DNA of 32,000 nucleotides from Candidatus Methanophagaceae archaeon (GTDB lineage Archaea > Halobacteriota > Syntropharchaeia > Alkanophagales > Methanospirareceae). The stretch spans positions 1,142,728-1,174,727 of the forward strand of contig PQXB01000001.1 in the NCBI GenBank assembly GCA_003194425.1, given 5' to 3'. A model generated the notes under the pieces. The model saw only the letters and a list, made by a program, of their open reading frames with translations. It ran no database searches and had not been told where the DNA came from. Made by a program: the position numbers and the translations under genes. This document shows, in pieces, positions 7,030 through 15,239 of the stretch (positions are counted from its first letter, which is position 1; every line of letters starts with the position of its first letter).

Positions 7030-8469
7030 ATGAGCCTAAAGGAAAGCCCGGAATCCGAAAAGCGAATAGGCATCTGGTACTACAGTACAAAAACTGAAGG
7101 AATTGGCGGGTTTATAAAAACAAGACCCTCTGACTTCGTCGTTCGTGAAGTTACTGCGAGAGAGGAGAGGGACGAGAGAGAGAAGAGGGACGAGAGAGAG
7201 AAGAGAGAGAAGAGAGAGAAGAGAGAGGAGGGAAAATACTTGATTTTAGAATTGACGAAGGAGAACTGGGACACTTACGGGGTGGTAAGAGAGATTTCTC
7301 GACGGCTGCGGGTCAGCAAGAACCGAATCGGGTTCGCAGGCACTAAAGATAAGTTCGCAGTTACGACGCAGAGAATAAGCATTTGGGGAGAGGGAATTGG
7401 CGAGCGGGAGGTGGAGCGAGTGAAGATAAAGGGAGTGAGTCTGAGAAAATTAGGAAGGTCGAAGAAGGCGGTTCATTTGGGCGACCTCCGCGGAAACGAG
7501 TTTGAGATTCTTGTGCGTGGCGTGGAGGGTGGAGGAGGCGAGGGAGGAGGGGAAGGAGAGGGAGGAGGTGAGAGCGAGATAAAGAGGAAGATCGAGGCAA
7601 CGACAGCCGAAATAGAGGCGGCTGGCGGGGTGCCGAATTTCTTTGGCGTTCAGCGTTTCGGCTTAAACCGCCCACTAACGCATCTAATCGGGAAGCGTCT
7701 GACAAGGGGTGAAATAAAAGAGGCGGTGCTGTGTTACATTTCGGACATTTTCCCTGACGAGACCGAGGACGCGAAGCAAGCAAGACGGCTCTGCAGACTG
7801 GAAGAGAAAGGAGGGGAGGGGGGACTGGAGGGGCTGAAAGCGGGGTTGAAAAAAATGCCGGCTTTTTTGCGGCACGAGAAGGCGATGCTGAACGAACTCG
7901 TGAGGGGTGGAAAAGAGAGCCTGAACGAGGCGGATTTCAGGTCTGCTTTCTCGGTCTTTCCGAAGAACCTGCAGAAACTCTTTGTTCACGCTTACCAAGC
8001 CTACCTCTTCAACCTCGTCCTGAGCCGTCGGAAGAGGCAGGGCTTGCCGTTCAACGAGGCTCTGGTCGGCGACTTTGTCTGCTTTCGCAGCGAACTTGAA
8101 AGGGCGGAGCGAGTTACCGAAGAGAAGGTAGAGGCTGTGAACAGGCTGGTAAAGCGTGGTCGGGCGTTTGTTACTGCTCCTCTCTTTGGCTACGAGACCG
8201 AGTTCGCGGGAGGGGAGGCGGGCGAAATCGAGAGGGCTGTGTTGGAGGAAGAGGGGTGTGAGTTGTCTGATTTTTTCATTCACAAATTCCCTGAAATGAG
8301 TTCAAAAGGCACGAGAAGGGCGGTGCTGGTTCCTGTGAAGGTGAGGTTGTGCAGTGACGGAATTAGTGAGGACGAGTTGAATCCCGGTCGGAAGAAGGTG
8401 CGGTTGAACTTCTTCTTGCCCAAAGGCTCGTACGCAACGGTCGTGCTGAGAGAATATTTAAAATCTTAA
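7030..8469 (+). CDS. truD: tRNA pseudouridine synthase TruD/Pus7 family
   Basis: 479-aa ORF. Blocks GGFIKTRPSDFVVREV, the catalytic-Asp block GFAGTKDKFAVTTQRISI, NFFGVQRFG and the C-terminal LNFFLPKGSYATVVLREY. Two large in-frame purine-repeat inserts: (E/R/D/K)n and GGGGEGGGEGEGGGE. Confidence 0.9.
   Translation: MSLKESPESEKRIGIWYYSTKTEGIGGFIKTRPSDFVVREVTAREERDEREKRDEREKREKREKREEGKYLILELTKENWDTYGVVREISRRLRVSKNRIGFAGTKDKFAVTTQRISIWGEGIGEREVERVKIKGVSLRKLGRSKKAVHLGDLRGNEFEILVRGVEGGGGEGGGEGEGGGESEIKRKIEATTAEIEAAGGVPNFFGVQRFGLNRPLTHLIGKRLTRGEIKEAVLCYISDIFPDETEDAKQARRLCRLEEKGGEGGLEGLKAGLKKMPAFLRHEKAMLNELVRGGKESLNEADFRSAFSVFPKNLQKLFVHAYQAYLFNLVLSRRKRQGLPFNEALVGDFVCFRSELERAERVTEEKVEAVNRLVKRGRAFVTAPLFGYETEFAGGEAGEIERAVLEEEGCELSDFFIHKFPEMSSKGTRRAVLVPVKVRLCSDGISEDELNPGRKKVRLNFFLPKGSYATVVLREYLKS
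7158..7236 (+). repeat. Polypurine GA-repeat tract of about 79 nt, in frame, giving REERDEREKRDEREKREKREKREEGK in TruD
   Basis: An 18-bp unit is duplicated, followed by 9-bp gagagagaa-type units. The only pyrimidines are two c residues in gac codons. Confidence 0.9.
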
Positions 8470-8489
8470 AACAAAAGTTAAAACAAAAG
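8466..8489. repeat. Perfect 12-bp direct duplication (ttaaaacaaaag x2) containing the stop codons of both convergent genes
   Basis: Copy 1 (8466-8477) holds the truD TAA at 8467-8469. Copy 2 (8478-8489) holds the RimK-family stop at 8478-8480 (tta, which is TAA on the minus strand). Confidence 0.95.
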
Positions 8490-9461
8490 CCCAACAACCT
8501 TCTCCGAAACATCAACACCGCAGGCAATTTTTATCCCCCTCCCCGACGGCGTTGCGTTAACCTCAAGCAGACGCACCCCCTCATCGCCCGCTCCCTCTAC
8601 CTTTCCCTCCCCCGCTCCCTCTCCTTTTCCTTTACCCTCCAGCAAGTCAACCCCCGCAAAGTCAGCACCCACCGCTTTCGCAGCCCTCACAGCAAGTTCC
8701 CGCACCTCCGCCGTCGGCTCGCACTTAACAGCCCGCCCGCCCTGACTCAAGTTGCTGACGAACGAGCTGCTGTGCGACTGCGACTGCGACTGCGGAATCC
8801 TGTAAATCGCGCCCACCACCTCCCCGCCGACCACAAAGACACGAATGTCCCGTCCCGGGTTAGGCACGAACTCCTGTAAGTAAAGCACGCCTCTCTCCTT
8901 CAGCACGCCTGCAAGTTTTGACTTTAAATTCTGCTCTAAACTCTCAAGTTTAAGAACTCCCCTCCCCTGGCTGCCAAAGACTGGTTTTACCACTGCAGTT
9001 CCGAATTCCGCAACCGCCCGCTCCGCAACCTCCAACTCGGAAGTGACCACAGTGCGTGGAAAGGGCAGTCCCGCCTGCTTGAGGAGGTGGAGCGAGAAGA
9101 ACTTGTTTGCAGCGTTCTGAATCGCTGCGGGCGAGTTCACGACAGGAACGCCCGAGTCCTCAAAGAGCCGAAGCAGGTCGAACTTGAACGAGATTTGCTC
9201 GAGTGCGGGGCTGGCGCCGACATCTCGGACAAGAACCGCGTCGAGTTCCTCGAGTTCGTTAAGTTCGTTGAGTTTCGAATCTTTTGAACTTTTAGAAACA
9301 GAGAAGTCCGAAGCGGAGACCGAAGAGGAGAGCGAGGTGCTCAACTGTGAGAGGTTAAACGGCAGTGCTTCCGCCCCCCTCCTTCGGACGCTCCTCAAGA
9401 ACGCTCTCGCAGTCCAGTCCTCGGGGTCGGTCAGGACGACGCCGATTTTCACTCGTTTCAT
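8478..9461 (-). CDS. RimK-family ATP-grasp glutamate ligase (MptN/CofF-like)
   Basis: 327-aa ORF. ATP-grasp blocks: AANKFFSLHLLKQAGLPFPRT, VVKPVFGSQGRGV, LYLQEFV..PGRDIRVFVVGGEVVGAIYR, GVDLLE and LLEVNATP. The substrate (H4MPT, F420 or a protein) cannot be decided from sequence alone. Confidence 0.8.
   Translation of the reverse strand: MKRVKIGVVLTDPEDWTARAFLRSVRRRGAEALPFNLSQLSTSLSSSVSASDFSVSKSSKDSKLNELNELEELDAVLVRDVGASPALEQISFKFDLLRLFEDSGVPVVNSPAAIQNAANKFFSLHLLKQAGLPFPRTVVTSELEVAERAVAEFGTAVVKPVFGSQGRGVLKLESLEQNLKSKLAGVLKERGVLYLQEFVPNPGRDIRVFVVGGEVVGAIYRIPQSQSQSHSSSFVSNLSQGGRAVKCEPTAEVRELAVRAAKAVGADFAGVDLLEGKGKGEGAGEGKVEGAGDEGVRLLEVNATPSGRGIKIACGVDVSEKVVGLLF
8773..8794 (-). repeat. Hexanucleotide repeat (tgcgac) x3.7, in frame, giving QSQSQS in the RimK-family ligase
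   Basis: Units at 8773-8778, 8779-8784 and 8785-8790, plus a partial unit. Confidence 0.9.
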
Positions 9462-9570
9462 TTTTTATCCCTTACCCCTACGAATTTAAAAATTTTTACT
9501 AAAATTGTTCCGTCTGCGGTGGTGGCGACGAGTAAAAGAAGCCTGTTCCTCTTTTTTATTTTTTGTAAGG

Positions 9571-10434
9571 TTAATAAACAATTAACGGCACCGTTGCTTT
9601 TTCTTTTGAACCGCTCCTACTCCTCCTGCTCTTCAAGTGTGCCTCGTGGTCGCCGCAAAGAAGCAGCAACCCGCTCCCACCTCCAGCTCCCCCACCTCCA
9701 GTTCCCCCAGCCCTCTCGCTGACAGCGTTCGCGATTTCACGCACATTCTCGTCCACCGCCCTCGCGGCGACGCTCAAATCCCAACCCCTGTGTGCGAACC
9801 GGTCGATTGCGCGGAGGTGCGAAAAGACCACGCTCAACTCCTTCCCTCTCCTTTCCGCGTGCTTCTTCAACGCGGAAACTGTGTGCTTCGTTATCAAGTC
9901 GTCGTACTCAAGAATGTCCTCTCGGTCGTCGACCGCGAAGACAGAGCTTATTTTATTCCAAAGCGGCTCTGCACCCTTCGTTTCGATCACCACCGCCGTC
10001 GGCTTCCCCGCGTCCTCAAGCACCTCCAAAACAGACCTCACTCCCGACTTCCCCACATCTTTGCTCGTGAGAATGCCGTGAGCCTCGGGGGGTAGTCCTG
10101 TGAGAATAGAAGCGATCGCGGGCGTCGTATGGCTGCTTACGGTCTCACACTCGAGCAGAAGCCCGCCCCGTTCGTCCCGTTCGTCCCGTTCGTCCCGTTC
10201 GTCCCGCTCGTCCTGTTCGGCAAGCCCGTGAATTGTCTTTAATTCGTCTGCGAACTCGGAGTAGAACTGCGAATCTAGGCTGTCAATCACAACAAATCCC
10301 AGCACTTGCGGGTCGTGGTCGTGAGAGCGGAAGTATTTTAATATTTGCTCGATCGGTCGGGCTTGGGGTTTGGGGCTCAGGCGCACCCCGAAAAACTCCG
10401 CCAGTGTGGGCGCTATTTGCAGTTGAGTCGGCAT
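9571..10434 (-). CDS. Alkaline-phosphatase-superfamily metalloenzyme (phosphodiesterase/nucleotide pyrophosphatase-like)
   Basis: 287-aa ORF. Blocks VVIDSLD, HTTPAIASILTGLPPEAHGI and the C-terminal CGDHEAH...VPLIVY. Contains (DER)n and GGTGGGGAGGGSG inserts. Confidence 0.6.
   Translation of the reverse strand: MPTQLQIAPTLAEFFGVRLSPKPQARPIEQILKYFRSHDHDPQVLGFVVIDSLDSQFYSEFADELKTIHGLAEQDERDERDERDERDERGGLLLECETVSSHTTPAIASILTGLPPEAHGILTSKDVGKSGVRSVLEVLEDAGKPTAVVIETKGAEPLWNKISSVFAVDDREDILEYDDLITKHTVSALKKHAERRGKELSVVFSHLRAIDRFAHRGWDLSVAARAVDENVREIANAVSERAGGTGGGGAGGGSGLLLLCGDHEAHLKSRRSRSGSKEKATVPLIVY
10168..10212 (-). repeat. Tandem repeat, 9 bp x5 (ccgttcgtc), in frame, giving (DER)n in the AP-superfamily protein
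   Basis: Four perfect copies, one copy with a single substitution, and a degenerate sixth copy reaching 10219. Confidence 0.95.
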
Positions 10435-10451
10435 AAAAAATAATTGTTATT

Positions 10452-11546
10452 TTATAATACAATCTTAAGAGCAAAAATTCCGATGAGCACGGCTGGGATT
10501 AGCGTCATTCCCGTGAATGCTCCTCTTGTTACCGCTCTCAAACCCCTCTCTACTTCCTCCCGCTCTCTCTCTCCCTCCCGCTCTCCCTCCCGCTCTCCTT
10601 CTCCCTCCCGCTCTCCCTCTCCCTCTCCCTCCCGCTCCCCTACCCCGTTGCTTCGCCAGTCTAACTTTCTTAAGGCGACCAGACTCTTCGCAGTGAAAAA
10701 GACCGGAGCAGCCAAGAGCACGAGACCGACACGCGGCACGCCGTCCAAGAACAAGAGCGGTAGAAACGCAAGCCACGAGCAGACAGTCAGAGGAAAATAA
10801 AGTCTGGCAGTCCTTGCTTTGCCGAGCCGAATTGCCAGCGTCCTGCGGTTTATCGCGAGGTCGCACTCGAAGTCCGGCAGCTCCCTCGTCAGTTTCAACT
10901 TAAACACGTCTACCAGCCAGGGCAGTGCAACGACAGTAGGCAGCCAGCTCACCTCGTGCGACTGCAAGTAGTAGCCGCTGAAGACGGTCAGCCAGCCCAC
11001 GCCCGCGGTCAGTCCCAGCTCGCCGAGACCGTGGTAGGAGAGTCGTGGTCCCCGCGAGTACGAGTACGGAATGAGGACGCCGAGAATTCCGAGCGGTAGG
11101 GTCAGCGGTCCGGTTTTGAACCAAAAGTGCAAGACCACACCGAGCGGAAAACCCGCCAAGACGCAGAGGTAAGCCCCTCTTGACGCCTGCTGCACCGAAA
11201 TCCGCCCTTTCACGAGTGCGTCAAACCTGCCGCTCGCTGCGGTAGAGTGAAAAGAGCTTGTCTCTTCTTCCTCTCCTTCTCCTCTCACCTGCCCCCCTTC
11301 CTCACGATCAAATTTAACCCCTCGCTCTTTCAAGTCCGCGTACACGCTGCAGGCGTTGAGAACGAAGCAGAACTCGGTCAGAAGAAAGACCGCGAGCAGC
11401 GAGACCGCGAAGACCGCACCGTCAAATTCGAACCCCTCAGACCACGCCAAGACCGCTCCCAAGACGAACGGAAGCAGCGTGGTCGTGAACTTCGGAAAAC
11501 CCGAGAGTTCCACCCAGCCCGACAAAATCTCCTTGTTGAGCGTCAT
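10452..11546 (-). CDS. UbiA-family (MenA-like) membrane prenyltransferase
   Basis: 364-aa polytopic ORF. The second Asp-rich motif with its typical context is LPDFECDLAINRRTLAIRLG. The first-motif region LNACSVYAD is followed by an insert. A C-terminal GEREGEGEGEREGEGEREGEREGERERE insert lies before the last TM helix. Confidence 0.7.
   Translation of the reverse strand: MTLNKEILSGWVELSGFPKFTTTLLPFVLGAVLAWSEGFEFDGAVFAVSLLAVFLLTEFCFVLNACSVYADLKERGVKFDREEGGQVRGEGEEEETSSFHSTAASGRFDALVKGRISVQQASRGAYLCVLAGFPLGVVLHFWFKTGPLTLPLGILGVLIPYSYSRGPRLSYHGLGELGLTAGVGWLTVFSGYYLQSHEVSWLPTVVALPWLVDVFKLKLTRELPDFECDLAINRRTLAIRLGKARTARLYFPLTVCSWLAFLPLLFLDGVPRVGLVLLAAPVFFTAKSLVALRKLDWRSNGVGEREGEGEGEREGEGEREGEREGEREREEVERGLRAVTRGAFTGMTLIPAVLIGIFALKIVL
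10555..10642 (-). repeat. Polypyrimidine (+ strand) repeat tract, in frame, giving GEREGEGEGEREGEGEREGEREGERERE in the UbiA-family protein
   Basis: ctccctcccgct / ctccctctccct units across about 88 nt. Confidence 0.9.
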
Positions 11547-11582
11547 TTCTACTTCTAAAATGCTTTGACCGTTTTAAACTCT

Positions 11583-12422
11583 TCAAACGCCCAAAATCAT
11601 CCGGAGCGTGTTCCGCACTGCAGGAGCAAGCCCAACAACGAGAAGAACCAGCAGAACGAGAATTTTTAGCTCGCTCACTTTCTCGCTCTCGCTCTCACCG
11701 AAGAGCGTCTCCAACAAGAACAGCACAGGAACGAGCATTCCGAGTTTTAGCGGAAACATTCCGACCGCCGAGCCCCCCTCCGAGCCCGTGTGCTCCACAA
11801 GGGCTCTCTCAACCACGTGCTTCCCCGTGTAGCCCAGAAAGTCAATTCCAACCCACGAGGAAGAGGCGTCGAGCAGGTGAGCAGCCAAAACTGACGCGTT
11901 CAACCTCTCGGTCAGAAACCTCAGACGCGGACCGACACTCGCCGCAACTGCGTAGACCGCACCAAAAAACAGACCCGCAACGCCGACGACTGCGGGAAGA
12001 ACCCAGAGTGCGACCACCTCCACTTCGCCCGCGCACAACAAAATTCCCAGATTTGCGAAGAACCACGCCACGCCGACCAGACGAAAAGTCGCAAGCGAGG
12101 TAATTGTAAGCAAGGCTACGCAGCAGAAGAAGACGAAAAAATAAATCAGCGGCGTGACCAGCAGGTAGCTCAGCGGTGGAGAGACCACCCCAGCGTCCTC
12201 CAACACCCGCAGGCTTGCACCGACAAAAATATACGGAGAGACCGCGGCGACAAAAGCGCTGTCTATTTTTATCCCAAGCCTCTTCAGCAGTTTCAGCGTC
12301 AAAAATACCCACAACAGCAGTAGCAACACCCAGGTCGCCGTGTTTACGGGGTTGTAGCCTTTGTCGTAAATTATTGGACTGAGGTAGAATTTGTAGACAA
12401 ACTGCCTTACCGCTTCGGTCAT
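11583..12422 (-). CDS. Polytopic membrane protein, DUF63-like
   Basis: 279-aa ORF with about 7 TM segments. As I remember the family, the N-terminal FVYKFYLSPIIYDKGYNPVNTATWVLL resembles the archaeal DUF63 signature. The start codon overlaps the upstream methyltransferase stop (ATGA at 12419-12422). Confidence 0.5.
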   Translation of the reverse strand: MTEAVRQFVYKFYLSPIIYDKGYNPVNTATWVLLLLLWVFLTLKLLKRLGIKIDSAFVAAVSPYIFVGASLRVLEDAGVVSPPLSYLLVTPLIYFFVFFCCVALLTITSLATFRLVGVAWFFANLGILLCAGEVEVVALWVLPAVVGVAGLFFGAVYAVAASVGPRLRFLTERLNASVLAAHLLDASSSWVGIDFLGYTGKHVVERALVEHTGSEGGSAVGMFPLKLGMLVPVLFLLETLFGESESEKVSELKILVLLVLLVVGLAPAVRNTLRMILGV

Positions 12423-13861
12423 TTTCTGCCGCTGGCTGCTGCGTTGCAGGCTGTTGTGTTAAGAGAGAAAACAGGAAGTTTCTGCGGTGCGTCGGGCTCT
12501 TTACCGCTAAACAACTCTTCAATCGTAAAAATCTGCGTCTTCGGGTACTTGCTACCGAACGAATCTTTGAAGTCGCCGTTTTTTGCCGCCTCCTCGATCA
12601 TCGGTCGTGTCGCGGGTTCTAAAGTTAAGAAGAAGCCCATTTCCGCCTTCTCGCGTTCTACGACCGCGTTGAGCTCTCGGATTTGGCTGACTCCGACTTT
12701 ACCGCTCTTAACTTGAACGACCGCCTTCTTTGTCGCCCCGCCGTCGTTGAAGTAGTAGAAGCCGTCGATTCCCGTGTCCGCTCCTTTCTTCCCCTTCTTC
12801 CCTTTTTTCCCACCACCGCCGTAGGGTCTCGCGCCGACGAGCGAGAGCGCCCACCACTGAAACTGGTAGCGGTTCTGCGTTGCCAACGCCTTGGCGCCGG
12901 CTAAATCTTTTGGCTCACCGACTACTTTGAACTGGATTTCTGGGAAGTTGCGTTTCAGCCGCTCTTTTACCACCGCGATCGCAAGGTGCGTGATGTCAAT
13001 CCCAATCCAGCGGCGACCGAGTTTCTCGGCAACTGCTACTGCAGTCCCGCAGCCGCAGAACGGGTCTAAAACCGTGTCGCCCTCGTTTGAGGACGCTTTA
13101 ATAATTCGCTCTAACAGCGCTTCGGGCTTCTGCGTTCGGTAAGGCAGCCACTCATTCTTTTTGTAACTCGTCAGTCTCGGCAGGTCTGCCCACCAGTCAT
13201 TTACAGGCGTCCCCTTCTCCAGATCCAACGCCCTGCCCCCAGACAACAGGCTGTGCCTCGGCGTTTTTAAAGTCCCCTCGCTGTAAGGTCTGAATTCGGG
13301 ATTAAACACCCATTCGTCGCCCTTCGTGTACCTAAAAATGACATCGTGCTTTCTCGGAAAGTCTCGTCTCGGAATTCCACCACCGCTGTAGCACCAAACA
13401 ATCTCGTTCCTGAAATTTCTCTTCCCGAAGACCGCGTCCAAAACGATTTTTAAATAATGGCTCGCCGTCGGGTCGCAGTGCAGGTAAATCGAACCCGTCT
13501 CCTTCAAGACCCGCTTCAACTCCAGCAGCCGAATGCACATCATCGTTAGGTAAGCCAAAATGTCGTTCTCGCGAACCGCCCGCCTCAACGAGAGCATTAA
13601 ATCCACTACCTCCGACGGCGCAGACTCCACGATTTCCTGAAACGCCCGCTCTATTTCCGCAGTCCAGTGCCAAGTGTCCTCAAAAGCGGTAATTTGTGAT
13701 TTTGACTGCTCGCCTGTCCCCGGCTCTTTGAAGAGGACGTTGTAGGTGGCGTTTGAGTTGAACGGCGGGTCTAAATAAATTAGGTCTACCGACTCGGGGG
13801 GAAGGTACTCGCGGAGAACCGCTAAATTGTCGCCGTAGTAGAGGACGCTTGTTTCGGTCAT
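12419..13861 (-). CDS. Beta-class N6-adenine/N4-cytosine DNA methyltransferase fused to a C-terminal Mrr-like PD-(D/E)xK nuclease-fold domain
   Basis: 480-aa ORF. Motif IV (DLIYLDPPFNSNATYN) precedes motif I (DPFCGCGTAVAVAEKLGRRWIGIDI), which is the beta permutation. The C-terminal 110 aa, TGIDGFYYF...KAVVQVKSGKVGVSQIRELNAVV...GFFLTLEPAT, match the D...(Q/E)xK Mrr_cat pattern. A GGGGKKGKKGKKGA linker comes from a CT-rich repeat. Confidence 0.85.
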   Translation of the reverse strand: MTETSVLYYGDNLAVLREYLPPESVDLIYLDPPFNSNATYNVLFKEPGTGEQSKSQITAFEDTWHWTAEIERAFQEIVESAPSEVVDLMLSLRRAVRENDILAYLTMMCIRLLELKRVLKETGSIYLHCDPTASHYLKIVLDAVFGKRNFRNEIVWCYSGGGIPRRDFPRKHDVIFRYTKGDEWVFNPEFRPYSEGTLKTPRHSLLSGGRALDLEKGTPVNDWWADLPRLTSYKKNEWLPYRTQKPEALLERIIKASSNEGDTVLDPFCGCGTAVAVAEKLGRRWIGIDITHLAIAVVKERLKRNFPEIQFKVVGEPKDLAGAKALATQNRYQFQWWALSLVGARPYGGGGKKGKKGKKGADTGIDGFYYFNDGGATKKAVVQVKSGKVGVSQIRELNAVVEREKAEMGFFLTLEPATRPMIEEAAKNGDFKDSFGSKYPKTQIFTIEELFSGKEPDAPQKLPVFSLNTTACNAAASGRK

Positions 13862-13883
13862 TTTTACGATTTTTTCTTGCCTT

Positions 13884-13896
13884 GAATTTATTTTTG
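13884..13896. promoter_or_regulatory. Candidate shared TATA element (gaatttatttttg) for the divergent methyltransferase and OB-fold genes
   Basis: The intergenic region is only 54 bp. The AT-rich element is centred about 26 nt from the ATG at 13916 (+) and about 29 nt from the ATG at 13861 (-). This is the spacing expected for archaeal TATA boxes driving leaderless transcripts in both directions. Confidence 0.4.
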
Positions 13897-13915
13897 CTCT
13901 GATTAAAGTTAAATT

Positions 13916-14674
13916 ATGGACAGCGTAGGAAAAGCGGTGGTTGTCTTCTCTTTGTTGGGCGTTTGCGGGTTGTACGGGCTTTCCTTAACCTCGCTTGTAG
14001 AGCCGCCGTTCGTTCCGTTGGAGGCGGTTGCGAGCGGTGGGGGAAGAGGTTGGGGAAGCGGTGGGGGAAGCGGTGGGGGAAGCGGTGGGGGAAGTGGAGG
14101 CTGCGGCGAGTACGAGGGGCAACTTGTGCGGACGAGAGGCGTTCTCACTGACCTCCGCACTACCGCAGCTGGAGACCTGCTCACGATTAAAGCGAACGGG
14201 AGCGAGTTGCTGGTTTTTGTCTTTCTTGATTCGGCGGTGGGTGCGACCGCAGCGAGTGCGAGGAAGGAGCGGGAACGTTTAAACCTGGGCTACGGCGACG
14301 AAGTAGTGGTTCAGGGCAAGGTGCAGTCGTACAGGGGCAGGTGCGAAATCGTAGCCGAAAAGGTAGGTTGTAAAAATGAGACTGCCAATTCTTCCGTCTC
14401 CGTCTTTGTCTCGCAGGTAGCGGAGAACCCCGAGGAGTACGAGGGCAGGAGGGTAAGCGTTGTAGGTTGCGTTGGGAACGTTTACAAGAACATTTTTTAT
14501 CTCGGCGACGAGAAGGGCAAGTATTTAATGAGGGTGAATCTGAAGTCCTTTTCAATTTCACGCCCTGAGTTGAAAATGCAGAAAGGGGAGAAAATAATCG
14601 CAGAGGGCGTCTTCGCGTACAACGCCGAGAATTTGAGGTACGAGTTGAACTTGGTCTCGGTTTCAGAGATTTAA
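13916..14674 (+). CDS. Membrane-anchored protein with two OB-fold (tRNA_anti-like) domains
   Basis: 252-aa ORF with an N-terminal TM helix (AVVVFSLLGVCGLYGLSL). Two segments have the pattern YEG..V...G.V.......F.L.D..G.......GE.V...G: YEGQLVRTRGVLTDL...GDEVVVQGKV and YEGRRVSVVGCVGNV...GEKIIAEGVF. A (GGGS)n insert lies after the anchor. Confidence 0.6.
   Translation: MDSVGKAVVVFSLLGVCGLYGLSLTSLVEPPFVPLEAVASGGGRGWGSGGGSGGGSGGGSGGCGEYEGQLVRTRGVLTDLRTTAAGDLLTIKANGSELLVFVFLDSAVGATAASARKERERLNLGYGDEVVVQGKVQSYRGRCEIVAEKVGCKNETANSSVSVFVSQVAENPEEYEGRRVSVVGCVGNVYKNIFYLGDEKGKYLMRVNLKSFSISRPELKMQKGEKIIAEGVFAYNAENLRYELNLVSVSEI
14036..14100 (+). repeat. Tandem repeat, 12 bp x5.4 (ggtgggggaagc); canonical G-quadruplex motif; gives GGGRGWGSGGGSGGGSGGGSGG in the OB-fold protein
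   Basis: Units at 14036, 14048, 14060, 14072 and 14084. Five G4-G5 runs with 7-8-nt spacers. Confidence 0.95.
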
Positions 14675-14675
14675 A

Positions 14676-15209
14676 TTACACGTCTAAAACGACCCTCGCC
14701 TTCCAAACCCCGCTCTTCTCGTCCTTCTTCACCTCCATCATATTGTAAGTCACCGCTTTAATTATTATTCCAGATTCGTGCCTGGCAGGGTCGAATCGCC
14801 CGCCGCTGCACTTTCCGTTTATGCTAAACTCCGCAGCCTCTCCTCCTTCTGAACCCTCCCCTGCTTCCCCCCCTGCTTCCCCTACTCGTTCTTCTTCTCG
14901 TTCTTCTTCTCCTGCCTGCACTTTTATCTCAAACCGCTTCGGTACCAGCAACTCCGACTCGAAGAGGAAAATCATCTCGTCCAGCCAATCAAACATCAAA
15001 CTGCAGAGGTCCTCCGATTTTATCTTCACCTCCTTCTCCACCACCTCCTCTCCTTCCCCCTCTCCCACCTCCTCCACATTCGTCATAAAGCTGAAAGTAG
15101 CGAGAGCAGCGTTGGCAAACAACTCCTCCAGCGTCTCGCCACACGCCTCAAACCCCACATCTGACGGGTGCTCGAAGTATTTGAATTTATTTTTGAATCT
15201 GCTCTGCAT
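14676..15209 (-). CDS. Archease (RNA ligase/tRNA methyltransferase accessory protein)
   Basis: 177-aa ORF. The N-terminal FKYFEHPSDVGFEACGETLEELFANAALATFSFM and C-terminal IKAVTYNMMEV...W.ARVVLDV are archease signatures. Two acidic/Gly inserts. Confidence 0.85.
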   Translation of the reverse strand: MQSRFKNKFKYFEHPSDVGFEACGETLEELFANAALATFSFMTNVEEVGEGEGEEVVEKEVKIKSEDLCSLMFDWLDEMIFLFESELLVPKRFEIKVQAGEEEREEERVGEAGGEAGEGSEGGEAAEFSINGKCSGGRFDPARHESGIIIKAVTYNMMEVKKDEKSGVWKARVVLDV

Positions 15210-15230
15210 ATTTACTTACTTGCGTTCTTA

Positions 15231-15239
15231 ATATTTAAA
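15231..15239 (-). promoter_or_regulatory. Candidate TATA box (tttaaatat on minus strand) for archease
   Basis: Centred about 26 nt upstream of the archease ATG at 15209. Matches the archaeal TTTAWATA-like consensus. Confidence 0.4.
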
